DNA of 64,000 bases from Anaerolineae bacterium (GTDB lineage: Bacteria > Chloroflexota > Anaerolineae > UBA1429). The notes beneath the pieces are model-generated. The model searched no databases. It was not told the DNA's origin and saw only the letters and a list, made by a program, of their open reading frames with translations. Position 1 is the first letter of the stretch; each line of letters begins with the position of its first letter. The translations under genes and the position numbers were made by a program. Location of the stretch: positions 2,126,893-2,190,892 of the forward strand of contig OY776562.1 in assembly GCA_963675785.1 (NCBI GenBank), in the 5' to 3' direction. Below are positions 18,939 through 27,738 of this stretch, in pieces.

Positions 18939-19448
18939 ATGAAATCTGCGTCTCCCTCCCATCTGGTTATTGGCACAATTGTGGGCGCACGTGGCCTCGA
19001 CGGTGAGATGCGCGTCAACATCGAAACCGACCGGCCTGAGCGCTTTTATGATTTGAAAGACGTCTGCATCGGCCCCGAAAAACGACTTTACCATGTGGCA
19101 CGGGCGCGGCTCTTCAAGGGGCAGGCACTGCTTGTGATCGAAGGTATCAGTTCGCCCGAACAAGCCGAACGTCTGCGCGGACAAGAACTGTATGTCCCCA
19201 TCGAAGACGCCTACGAGCTCGGTGAAAACGAGTATTATGTGTTCGAACTGGAAGGCATGGACGTGATCAGCGATGAGGGTGAAACCCTGGGCATCCTGGC
19301 AGAAGTGCTGTCAACGGGCGCCAACGATGTCTATGTTGTAAGGGGAGACCGCGGTGAAATCCTCTTGCCGGCCATCAAGGATGTTATCCTTGACGTTAAC
19401 ACGCAAGATGGCATTATGACAGTACATTTGTTGCCAGGACTCGTCTAG
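18939..19448 (+). CDS. rimM: 16S rRNA processing protein RimM
   Basis: IGTIVGARGLDGEMRV... PRC barrel. Start trimmed to the internal ATG. Confidence 0.85.
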   Translation: MKSASPSHLVIGTIVGARGLDGEMRVNIETDRPERFYDLKDVCIGPEKRLYHVARARLFKGQALLVIEGISSPEQAERLRGQELYVPIEDAYELGENEYYVFELEGMDVISDEGETLGILAEVLSTGANDVYVVRGDRGEILLPAIKDVILDVNTQDGIMTVHLLPGLV

Positions 19449-19461
19449 AAAGGCCAGCTCG

Positions 19462-20544
19462 ATGGACAAACGCTACTGGCTTGGCTTTAACATGGTGTCG
19501 GGCTATGGTCCTGCCCGTATAGAAGCTTTGCTGGAGCGTTTTGGTGATCTGGAATATGCTTGGAATAGCGATGCTGCCAATCTGCGCGCCCTGGGCATTC
19601 CTCGGGATGCCATTGAGTCTCTGCTGTACCATCGTGCCCGCCTCGACCTAGAAGATGAACTTGCTCGTGTGGCTGATCTGGATATCGACATCCTCACTTG
19701 GCAAGATCCCAACTATCCTGAACTGCTGCGCGATATCGACCAGTCCCCTCCCCTGCTATATGTGCGCGGAGAGATTACCCCGCCAGATGCCCTGGCTATC
19801 GCCGTTGTGGGTACCCGTAAGGTTACCTCTTATGGTCAAAGTGCCACGCGCGAGCTGGTGAGCGGTCTGGTTGCTCAGGGTATTACTATCGTCAGCGGTC
19901 TGGCCTTGGGTGTTGATGGTATTGCCCACACCACTGCCCTGGAACACAACGGCCGTACGCTAGCCGTGTTGGGCTGCGGTCTGGATGAAGTCTACCCTGC
20001 AAGGCACAGGGCCCTGGCCGAGCAAATTAGCACATCGGGCGCACTCGTCTCTGATTACGCACCCGGCGTCAAGCCCGAAGCACGTAACTTTCCTCCGCGC
20101 AACCGCATCATCAGTGGCCTTTCGCTGGGAACAGTAGTCATTGAAGCGGGAGAACGCAGCGGTTCTTTGATTACCATTCGCTACGCACTGGATCAAGGCC
20201 GGGAGACCTTTGCCATACCCGGCAGCATGTTCAACCCCCTGAGTGACGGGACGAACGCACTCATTCGCCGGGGAGAAGCCAAACTTGTTACCCGAGTCGA
20301 GGATGTGCTGGAAGAATTGAACCTGAGCATGGTCGCAGAACAGCGCCAAGTGCGTGAACTTGTACCCGATAGCCCCACAGAAGCTTCTCTACTCGATCTT
20401 TTGGGCCCCGAGCCTATTCAGGTGGATGACCTCGTCCGTCAGTCTCATCTGGCAGCAAATGTGGTTTCCAGTACACTGTGTATGATGGAGCTCAAAGGAA
20501 TGGTCCAACGCGTCGACCGCTCTGCTTACGTCATCGCCCGCTAA
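19462..20544 (+). CDS. dprA: DNA processing protein DprA (Smf)
   Basis: Rossmann-like DprA core (...AIAVVGTRKVTSYG...IVSGLALGVDGIAH...VIEAGERSGSLIT) with a C-terminal wHTH. Confidence 0.85.
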   Translation: MDKRYWLGFNMVSGYGPARIEALLERFGDLEYAWNSDAANLRALGIPRDAIESLLYHRARLDLEDELARVADLDIDILTWQDPNYPELLRDIDQSPPLLYVRGEITPPDALAIAVVGTRKVTSYGQSATRELVSGLVAQGITIVSGLALGVDGIAHTTALEHNGRTLAVLGCGLDEVYPARHRALAEQISTSGALVSDYAPGVKPEARNFPPRNRIISGLSLGTVVIEAGERSGSLITIRYALDQGRETFAIPGSMFNPLSDGTNALIRRGEAKLVTRVEDVLEELNLSMVAEQRQVRELVPDSPTEASLLDLLGPEPIQVDDLVRQSHLAANVVSSTLCMMELKGMVQRVDRSAYVIAR

Positions 20545-20558
20545 CTTGGGAGACTGCT

Positions 20559-21671
20559 ATGACATCAGCCAACGACGGCAATTCAAACAGTGATATCTAT
20601 GTCACCATCCTCGCGGGAGGCAGCGGCACACGTCTTTGGCCCCTCAGCCGGAAAGCGCTGCCCAAGCAGTTCTTGCAGCTCTGTGATCACCGTTCTATGC
20701 TGCAAAGCACCGTCGATCGTGTGTTGCAAGTTTGTCCCCTTGAGCATGTCTTTGTGCTAACCGGCCCCGAACATGCTCATTTGGTGCATGAGCAAATTGA
20801 GGGATTGCCGAAAGAGAACGTATTTATAGAGCCGGGCCCTCGCAATACTGCTCCCTGCCTTGGTCTGGCCGCTATGCGTCTGGCCCATATGACCGCGAAC
20901 AAACATGCTGTTATGGCTTCCATCCATGCTGACCACGCTGTGCAGCGCCCCCAGGCATTCGCTGCCGCCCTGCGTTCAGCCTGTCAAACCGCACGCCAGG
21001 GTTACATTGCCACAGTGGGCATCGTTCCCACAGAGCCGCACACGGGGTATGGCTATATTGAAAAGGGCGCGCCCCTCTATGACGATACCGGCTGCACTGT
21101 GTATGCTGTTTCCAGCTTTGTAGAAAAGCCGCCTTTGGATCAGGCGCGGGATTATGTAAATTCTGGCAATTACTTGTGGAACACGGGGTATTTTGCCTGG
21201 ACGCTGGAGCGCATTCTGGGAGAATTCGAACGTTCGCTCCCCGAGACTTTTGAATTGCTGCACCAGGTCGTCAGTGCCGAACGGCGCGGCGATGCCCTAG
21301 CTGCCGCATCAGCCTGGAACAGTATAAAACCCGTCGCTATTGATGTGGGCATCATGGAAAAAGCTGACCATGTTGCCGTCATTCCCTGCGAGATGGGCTG
21401 GAACGATGTGGGTAGTTGGGCATCACTCTATGAACTCGCCGAATACGACGAACAGGGCAACGTACTTTTAGGCGACAGCGTGCATGTGAGCCTGGATACC
21501 CACAACACGCTCGTCTCGAGTTCAAAACGGTTGGTGGCTACCGCCGGATTGGAAGACTATATCATTGTTGATACAGAGGATGCACTGCTCATCCTCCCGC
21601 GAGAACGCGCTCAGGATGTAAGCAGCCTGGTCAAGCAAATACGTGCCAAGGGTCTAGAAGAACACCTCTAA
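20559..21671 (+). CDS. Mannose-1-phosphate guanylyltransferase (GDP-mannose pyrophosphorylase-like nucleotidyltransferase)
   Basis: YVTILAGGSGTRLWPLSRKALPKQF NTP-transferase signature. There is no C-terminal cupin/isomerase domain. Confidence 0.75.
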   Translation: MTSANDGNSNSDIYVTILAGGSGTRLWPLSRKALPKQFLQLCDHRSMLQSTVDRVLQVCPLEHVFVLTGPEHAHLVHEQIEGLPKENVFIEPGPRNTAPCLGLAAMRLAHMTANKHAVMASIHADHAVQRPQAFAAALRSACQTARQGYIATVGIVPTEPHTGYGYIEKGAPLYDDTGCTVYAVSSFVEKPPLDQARDYVNSGNYLWNTGYFAWTLERILGEFERSLPETFELLHQVVSAERRGDALAAASAWNSIKPVAIDVGIMEKADHVAVIPCEMGWNDVGSWASLYELAEYDEQGNVLLGDSVHVSLDTHNTLVSSSKRLVATAGLEDYIIVDTEDALLILPRERAQDVSSLVKQIRAKGLEEHL

Positions 21672-21681
21672 GAGCGAAAGT

Positions 21682-22893
21682 GTGGATACCTTGCAAGCGG
21701 AAATTGTTACCATTGGCACCGAGCTCTTGCTCGGTGAAATCGTCGATACAAACTCGGCCTGGATTGCACAGCGGCTCACCGAGATCGGCCTGAATCTCTT
21801 TTACACCACTACCGTGGGTGATAACCTGGAGCGTGCTGCGCAGGTGCTCAGACAGTCGCTGGAACGCTCGGACATCACCATCACCACCGGTGGGCTAGGG
21901 CCTACAGTCGATGATGTTACCCGTGAAGCCGTGGCCAAAGCCATAGGCTGCGCGCTCTATACCGATGATAGCCTCTTGGAGGAAATCCAGGGCTTTTTCG
22001 CCCGACGCAACCGCGTTATGACGGCAAGCAACCGCCGGCAGGCTCAGCTTCCGCAAGGCGCTCAAGTGATTCATAACCCCGTTGGCACAGCACCAGCCTT
22101 TATCGCCGAAAAAGATGGGCACATCATCATCTCGCTGCCGGGTGTACCCTTTGAGATGAAATACCTGATGGAGCACGAGGTGTTGCCCTACATCCGCAAC
22201 CGTTATGATCTCAACGGTGTCATCAAGATTCGCGTTCTGCGAACCTGCAACATCGGTGAGAGCACGCTGGGTGAACGCATTGCCGACTTGATGGAACTAT
22301 CCAACCCCACAGTAGGCACGGCTGCCCACCCCGGGCAAACTGATGTGCGCATTGCTGCCAAAGCCGATAGCGAGCAAGAAGCAGATGCCCTCATCGCCCC
22401 CATTGAGGCCCGCATTCGTGAGGTGGCCGGCGAGTATATCTTTGGCGTTAATCATGAGACTATCGAAGGCGTGGTAGCAGCCCGATTACAACAGTTGGGA
22501 CAAACGCTAGCGGTGGTCGAGATTGGCACGCCCAGCCTCATCATCCAGCGACTGGCCGGCACACCAGAAGCAGCGAATGTGCTCAAATCAGCCATGGTGG
22601 CTGCCAATGCCCAGGGGTTGGCACTCGACCTGCCCACAGAGTTCGCGCAGCCCTCGCAAGAACTCGCCGATGCCGCTGCCATCGCCATACGACATGCAGC
22701 CCACAGCGACCTGGGCTTGGCCGTGTGCACACAGCCAACCGCGGACGACCAGGGCATGCCCACCTATATTACCCTGGCAACACCCGGTGGGCTGGTTCGC
22801 ACAGAACCATACGGCGGCCGCCCCGGCCCTCTGGGGCAAGGTTGGGTTATCCACCTGGGCCTTGACACGATCCGACGCTACCTTACGTCATAA
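21682..22893 (+). CDS. cinA: CinA-family protein (competence/damage-inducible; NMN deamidase-like)
   Basis: N-terminal MoCF-binding domain (EIVTIGTELLLGEIVDTNSAWIAQRL) plus a C-terminal CinA domain. Confidence 0.85.
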   Translation: MDTLQAEIVTIGTELLLGEIVDTNSAWIAQRLTEIGLNLFYTTTVGDNLERAAQVLRQSLERSDITITTGGLGPTVDDVTREAVAKAIGCALYTDDSLLEEIQGFFARRNRVMTASNRRQAQLPQGAQVIHNPVGTAPAFIAEKDGHIIISLPGVPFEMKYLMEHEVLPYIRNRYDLNGVIKIRVLRTCNIGESTLGERIADLMELSNPTVGTAAHPGQTDVRIAAKADSEQEADALIAPIEARIREVAGEYIFGVNHETIEGVVAARLQQLGQTLAVVEIGTPSLIIQRLAGTPEAANVLKSAMVAANAQGLALDLPTEFAQPSQELADAAAIAIRHAAHSDLGLAVCTQPTADDQGMPTYITLATPGGLVRTEPYGGRPGPLGQGWVIHLGLDTIRRYLTS

Positions 22894-22906
22894 AATTGCC
22901 TATTTG

Positions 22907-22974
22907 ACCAACAACCTCAATGTGCGTACTGTTAGCCGGTTTGCTGAAGCGGAAACCCTATTGAGGTTGTTGGT
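22907..22974 (+). promoter_or_regulatory. Long hairpin (15-bp perfect stem, 38-nt loop) whose 3' arm contains the SD and abuts the ATG of the MFS gene
   Basis: ACCAACAACCTCAAT ... ATTGAGGTTGTTGGT. GAGG at 22963-22966 sits inside the 3' arm and the ATG is at 22975. It could also act as the cinA terminator, but there is no T-tract. Confidence 0.4.
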
Positions 22975-24309
22975 ATGTCCAAGATACAACGTATTCGAGC
23001 CGAGCATCTGCCAATCAGTTATGCGCGCAACTATATCGCGCTAGGAGCTGATTCGGCCTTTTTTTCTGTAGGCGCAAGCCTGATCAGCACCACCACCGTC
23101 ATTCCGGCTTTTGTCGATGCCCTGGGCGGATCGGCCTCACTTGTAGGCCTCATCTCAGGCTTGGCCAGCGGTGCCTGGCTGCTGCCTCAGCTTTTGGTGG
23201 CCAGCCACATTGCTCGTTTTGACAGGCGCAAACCAGCTATCCTACGCGCCGCATGGCTTGGTCGCCCCCTGTTCTTTATCTTTGCAATCCTCGTCATGCT
23301 GCTGGCAGAAAACCACGCCAATCTGCTACTCGGTTGTCTGGTAGCCATCATCTGCATGTTCTATGTTTGCGATTCCTTTGTAAGCCTGCCATGGATGGAC
23401 CTGGTGAGCGTGGCCATTCCTGCGCGCCGCCGGGGGCGCCTACTTGGCACATCGCAAGCACTGGGAGGATTGGGAGGCATCGCCATAGGTGCGCTGGTTA
23501 ACTGGTTGCTGGGTGCCAACAGTCGTTGGGGGTTCCCCACCAACTATGCCATCATCTTTGGCCTAGCCTCAGTGGCATTCATATTTGCAGCAACGGGTCT
23601 CTCAGCCGTCAAAGAGCCAACAGGTTGCTATCCCAAGAAACAACCCCTTGGTTTTGCCCAAACGCTTCGGAATATTCCCGCACTGCTGCGTGATGACCGT
23701 GCCTTTCTGCGGCTCATCATCGCCAAGATTACCGCCGGCTTTGTCACTATGGCCAGCTCTTTTTATGTACTACATGCCGTACAGGTGGGCAAAATGAGCG
23801 TAGCCTCGACAGGCTTGCTCATCTCTGCCCAGGTGGCTGGTACAGTAGCAAGCGGCCTGTTGATGAGCTTTGTTCAGGATGCCAAAGGACCTCTTTACCA
23901 CATCCGGCTGACCTGTGTTCTGGCGGCACTGCCCTCGGCGGGTGCGCTTGTCCTTTCCTTGTTTCCAGGTGTTCTCGGCGAATCTATGGCTATCTATATG
24001 GCTATATTTTTCGTTCTAGGCATTGTTCTAAACTCATTGGGCTGGCCTTTTTACAACTGGATTTTGGAATACGCCCCTGCCGAACGACGGCCTGTGTACA
24101 TTGGTACTATCAACACCCTTTCCGCATTGACCATGCTGGCTCCACTGGCTGGTGGCCTTCTTGTAGAGAACATCTCCTACACATTCGTTTTTGTTGCTGC
24201 AACGGCCGCCGCCGCTATCGCGCTGGTTTTGTCTCTGGGCTTGCCCAGCACGCGTGATCCCAAAGCGACCGAGAACGGCGTTGACACCAGAGTCAAAGCC
24301 TCGGTATAA
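22975..24309 (+). CDS. MFS transporter
   Basis: 12 predicted TM helices with a motif-A-like ...RFDRRKP... loop. Confidence 0.75.
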   Translation: MSKIQRIRAEHLPISYARNYIALGADSAFFSVGASLISTTTVIPAFVDALGGSASLVGLISGLASGAWLLPQLLVASHIARFDRRKPAILRAAWLGRPLFFIFAILVMLLAENHANLLLGCLVAIICMFYVCDSFVSLPWMDLVSVAIPARRRGRLLGTSQALGGLGGIAIGALVNWLLGANSRWGFPTNYAIIFGLASVAFIFAATGLSAVKEPTGCYPKKQPLGFAQTLRNIPALLRDDRAFLRLIIAKITAGFVTMASSFYVLHAVQVGKMSVASTGLLISAQVAGTVASGLLMSFVQDAKGPLYHIRLTCVLAALPSAGALVLSLFPGVLGESMAIYMAIFFVLGIVLNSLGWPFYNWILEYAPAERRPVYIGTINTLSALTMLAPLAGGLLVENISYTFVFVAATAAAAIALVLSLGLPSTRDPKATENGVDTRVKASV

Positions 24310-24345
24310 TCGCGAGGTTGGGTTCGAGATCAAATCGGGAGTCCC

Positions 24346-24882
24346 ATGAAGAAAGCACGCGTCATTTCAGGCATTCTGCTATTTGCCATCATCATGGCTC
24401 TTCCGGTTTTGCCTGTGTGTGCACAGGCTCCTGTTCCGACCACCATTCCCGGATATCCGGAGCCAACCACCGGTGTGGCCACGCCAGTTCCCACGACAGT
24501 CTCGTCTTATCCCACGACGGAATCGACACAGGCTGCCCTCTCGACGCTGGCACCGACCAATACGCCCGTATCAGATGAAACAGCAGTGCCAACAATAGTG
24601 GGGGCCGCAACCGTGACCAACACGCCCCTTTGGACTCGTACACCCACGCCAACAACAGCGGCAACAATCACGCTCATCAGCCCCTCTACAACGACAGAAG
24701 AAACGCCAACGGCATCCGCAGCCACTACGCCCACGCCATCGTCGTACCCAACCGCAGTCTCTGACGAGACACCGCAGGATAGCCAGTTACCTTATGTATC
24801 CGATCCCATCTTTTGGGGCATCGTGGGCGTTATCCTCATCGTCGCCATTTGGGGCACATTCCGATTGTTCAAGAGTTCATAA
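24346..24882 (+). CDS. Secreted Thr/Pro-rich low-complexity protein with signal peptide and C-terminal TM anchor
   Basis: MKKARVISGILLFAIIMALPVLPVCAQAP signal. PT-rich repeats (PTT, TPTP). C-terminal WGIVGVILIVAIWGTFRLFKSS hydrophobic anchor. Confidence 0.55.
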   Translation: MKKARVISGILLFAIIMALPVLPVCAQAPVPTTIPGYPEPTTGVATPVPTTVSSYPTTESTQAALSTLAPTNTPVSDETAVPTIVGAATVTNTPLWTRTPTPTTAATITLISPSTTTEETPTASAATTPTPSSYPTAVSDETPQDSQLPYVSDPIFWGIVGVILIVAIWGTFRLFKSS

Positions 24883-24923
24883 AAAGGGTGTCACAAAAGA
24901 TGCCCTCACAGAGATATCTAGCA

Positions 24924-24968
24924 GAACTCTCCGCAACCGGTGACTCGGTTCCGGAGAGTTCTTTTGTT
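24924..24968 (+). terminator. Rho-independent terminator after the PT-rich protein gene
   Basis: 11-bp perfect stem AGAACTCTCCG/CGGAGAGTTCT, 17-nt loop with an inner stem, then TTTGTT. Confidence 0.55.
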
Positions 24969-25131
24969 ATACGGACGTCTATATGGCTCATCGCTGGCGA
25001 ATGAGATGCCTTTCAAATAGTAGTAAGATTTCTCTTTCTCGCTGATGTAACCTTTTACTCCTTACCATCATCTTATATGTGACCGGTCAATGAAAAGGAG
25101 GCAGCTACATGAGAGGAGGACATCCACAGCT

Positions 25132-25632
25132 GTGTTGAGCAATTATGATGAAAAAACCTGGTTTTGCGATCAGGTGATCGAAAACAAACTAGCTCTGTTT
25201 CGGCTTGCCAAGAGCATCCTGAAAAATGATGCCGATGCAGAGGATGCTGTGCAAGATGCTGTCCTTTCTGCATACAGCAAGCTATCTACACTGCGTGACC
25301 GCGACAAATTCAAGCCGTGGATCATGAAGATACTCGTCAACTCGGCTTACCAGACCTATGGCAAGCGCAAGCCAGAAGTCAATTTAGAAGACGTGGACAA
25401 CATTCTCGCTGTGATACCTCAGGACAATACCAAAGCCCTCTCGTTATGGTCGGCGGTAGAAACCTTGTCAGACGATTTACGAGCCGTCGTTGTGCTGTTC
25501 TATTACGAGGATATGAGCATCAGCGAGATAAGCAGAATTACCGGCGCCAGACGCGGTGCGATTAAGACACGCCTCTGCCGTGCAAGGCAAAAGCTCAAGC
25601 CCATTTTACTTGGGGAAAGGAGCACACAATGA
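25132..25632 (+). CDS. ECF-type RNA polymerase sigma factor (sigma-70 regions 2 and 4)
   Basis: ...DAEDAVQDAVLSAY... region 2; ...MSISEISRITGARRGAIKTRLCRARQKL region 4 HTH. GTG start with AGGAGG 12 nt upstream (alternative ATG at 25090). Lower GC than surroundings. Confidence 0.75.
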   Translation: MLSNYDEKTWFCDQVIENKLALFRLAKSILKNDADAEDAVQDAVLSAYSKLSTLRDRDKFKPWIMKILVNSAYQTYGKRKPEVNLEDVDNILAVIPQDNTKALSLWSAVETLSDDLRAVVVLFYYEDMSISEISRITGARRGAIKTRLCRARQKLKPILLGERSTQ

Positions 25633-26474
25633 ATAGCGATGATAGGAAACTAAGAATGATGGCTAAACGTGAGGATATGCATCTTCCGGAAGGCTATGAC
25701 AACAACCTGAGAAATACCTTGAATTTACTCCCTGAAGCAGAGGGTGAGCAGCTACGCCACCATACTGGCCGTTGGGTTTCTGTCGCTGTTGCCACTGCCT
25801 TGGCGCTCTTTATCATTCTGCCCAACACGAGCATGAGTGTCGCCTATGCTATGGGGAACCTACCAATCATAGGCCCTATCGTACAAGTGGTTACTTTCCG
25901 CACCTACGAATATGACGATGGACACAGCTCTGCCAGTGTTGATGTGCCAGAAATCAAAGATGAAAGCGAAGCAGCTTCTCTGATCAATGCCTCTGTCGAC
26001 GACTATACCAACATGTTGATTGAAAAATTCAAAGAGCAAAAGGAAGAGATTGGTGAAGGCTATCTCGGCCTTGATATTACCTACAACGTCGTGACAGACA
26101 GCGATGATTGGTTCACACTTCAGGTCGCCGTACTCGAAGTTCAAGCAAGCGGTTACGAATACAATGTCTACTACAACGTCGACAAGACCACAGGACAGAT
26201 CATCGAACTGAAGGATCTGTTCAAGGATGACTCTGACTGGGCGTCTGTTCTCAATACAGAGATACTCAATCAAATGCAAGAGAAACAAAACCCAGACGAA
26301 GGAATCATGTACTTTCCGGATGATTTCACCGGGGTCACGGATGACCAGGATTACTATTTCAGCAGCGATGGCGAACTCGTCATTCCTTTTGACGAATACG
26401 AAATTGCTCCAGGCTCCATGGGCTGCCCTGAGTTTACTATCCCTCAAGCGCTCATCCAGGATTTGATGGCCTAG
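25629..26474 (+). CDS. RsiV-like anti-sigma factor: short cytoplasmic N-terminus, one TM helix, extracytoplasmic DUF4163/DUF3298-type domain
   Basis: ATGA overlap with the sigma gene. TM WVSVAVATALALFIIL. C-terminal domain resembles RsiV/PdaC-type DUF4163+DUF3298 (...YEYNVYYNVDKTTGQII...IPFDEYEIAPGSMG). About 42-45% GC. Confidence 0.6.
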   Translation: MNSDDRKLRMMAKREDMHLPEGYDNNLRNTLNLLPEAEGEQLRHHTGRWVSVAVATALALFIILPNTSMSVAYAMGNLPIIGPIVQVVTFRTYEYDDGHSSASVDVPEIKDESEAASLINASVDDYTNMLIEKFKEQKEEIGEGYLGLDITYNVVTDSDDWFTLQVAVLEVQASGYEYNVYYNVDKTTGQIIELKDLFKDDSDWASVLNTEILNQMQEKQNPDEGIMYFPDDFTGVTDDQDYYFSSDGELVIPFDEYEIAPGSMGCPEFTIPQALIQDLMA

Positions 26475-26481
26475 CGCAGAA

Positions 26482-26515
26482 AAAGAGCGCCGCTTTTGCG
26501 GCGCTCTTTTTCTTT
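26482..26515. terminator. Bidirectional Rho-independent terminator between the convergent anti-sigma and BNR-protein genes
   Basis: AAAGAGCGCCGC-TTTT-GCGGCGCTCTTT perfect 12-bp stem with an A-tract 5' and a T-tract 3'. Confidence 0.65.
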
Positions 26516-27623
26516 AGGAGAGCAAGGCTTTTGCTTCTGCCATGCTCACAAAATTCATCACCAGCGGCTGAGAATAATCCTCCTGGGCTTGCTGCCAAGT
26601 GGCATAAAAGCCTCCCTCGGTCGCCAAAACATCCACATAGCGACTTGTACGCCAACCATAAGGCGAGAGAAACATGGGTTCATTGACCGACAGACGCTCA
26701 ATCTCTGACACGCCATCGGCGGCAGCAACCGCAACACCGCCAATCTCCTCACATGAGAACCCGCGCGGCCTGCTGTGAGCCGAAGCATGCTCTTGCATAT
26801 TGCGCATAGATTCGCCGCCGTCATAAAACACCAAGGTTAGCGCCGGCCCGCTGGCAAAGGCCCCAAAACGCGGCACCGAGAGCATGGCTGTGGCCCGCGT
26901 GATGGCTACATCCCAGGTAAACCCCCGGGCAAAGAAATCATATACGACGGCAGTCCAGTCACCTGTTTCTGCCGAACGAACAGCATAACCGCTGTTGCTG
27001 CTTGACCAACAAAAAGGATGTGTGCAAAAACCCAATGTAAGATCACCGCTAAAACGATCCATCACAAAGGGATCCTTGACATGGAGCCATCGCGGGTCAT
27101 CACAATGTAGTACAGTCTGGATAGGGGCATCCTTCAAATCCGCAACCGTGTCAGCCTTGAGGCACTCGATAGACCAGATACCAGTGCCTGGTTTCATATA
27201 ATCTTCATATCCCTGCGGATAATCTCGCCCGGCCTTTTCAGTGGAGACAAAAAGCTCAACGCCAGATTCAGTCCAGTGCAAAGCCGAACCTTCTATAGAA
27301 AGCACTTGCAGCCCGTTCACATCGAGATCCGGTTTTTGCCAGGAGACGAGATGTGCCCAGGTGGCGCCGCCATCAGATGAACGATAAATCACCAATTCTT
27401 TGCCTCGTTCGCCTGCCCCCAGGCCAGTGCGAGAATCCCCGTAATTACGATACCGCCCCACCACGTACAGAGCGCCTTTTTTATCACTGATCATGTTGCC
27501 GCCACCGAACCAATGTCCCTCTGAGGGGCGTGCAGCTGGTACGATAATGCGTGCAGCGTCCTGATTCACAAGCGCTCGGGCAAAGCGTTCAAGCCTAACC
27601 CGTTGGGGTACGGTCAACATCAT
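26514..27623 (-). CDS. BNR/Asp-box repeat protein (putative sialidase-like beta-propeller glycosidase)
   Basis: Single clear Asp-box SSDGGATW; beta-rich. No signal peptide detected. Confidence 0.45.
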   Translation of the reverse strand: MMLTVPQRVRLERFARALVNQDAARIIVPAARPSEGHWFGGGNMISDKKGALYVVGRYRNYGDSRTGLGAGERGKELVIYRSSDGGATWAHLVSWQKPDLDVNGLQVLSIEGSALHWTESGVELFVSTEKAGRDYPQGYEDYMKPGTGIWSIECLKADTVADLKDAPIQTVLHCDDPRWLHVKDPFVMDRFSGDLTLGFCTHPFCWSSSNSGYAVRSAETGDWTAVVYDFFARGFTWDVAITRATAMLSVPRFGAFASGPALTLVFYDGGESMRNMQEHASAHSRPRGFSCEEIGGVAVAAADGVSEIERLSVNEPMFLSPYGWRTSRYVDVLATEGGFYATWQQAQEDYSQPLVMNFVSMAEAKALLS

Positions 27624-27738
27624 TTGATATTTCCTCCCTGAAACATGCTCTCTGTCTGGCCATTATCCCAGCTGCCCACATAACGTCAACTCTGCACAAA
27701 AAAAGGGCACGACTTTCGTCGTGCCCTTGATGAGAAGG

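Noticed and set aside
24400-24800. Repetitive nucleotide sequence considered as a possible CRISPR or tandem repeat
   Set aside because: The repeats are irregular and reflect the Thr/Pro-rich low-complexity coding sequence. No spacer/repeat periodicity.
25090-25131. ATG at 25090 as the sigma-factor start (ORF track)
   Set aside because: No SD. The GTG at 25132 is preceded by AGGAGG at a proper spacing and gives a typical ECF N-terminal length. Kept as an alternative only.
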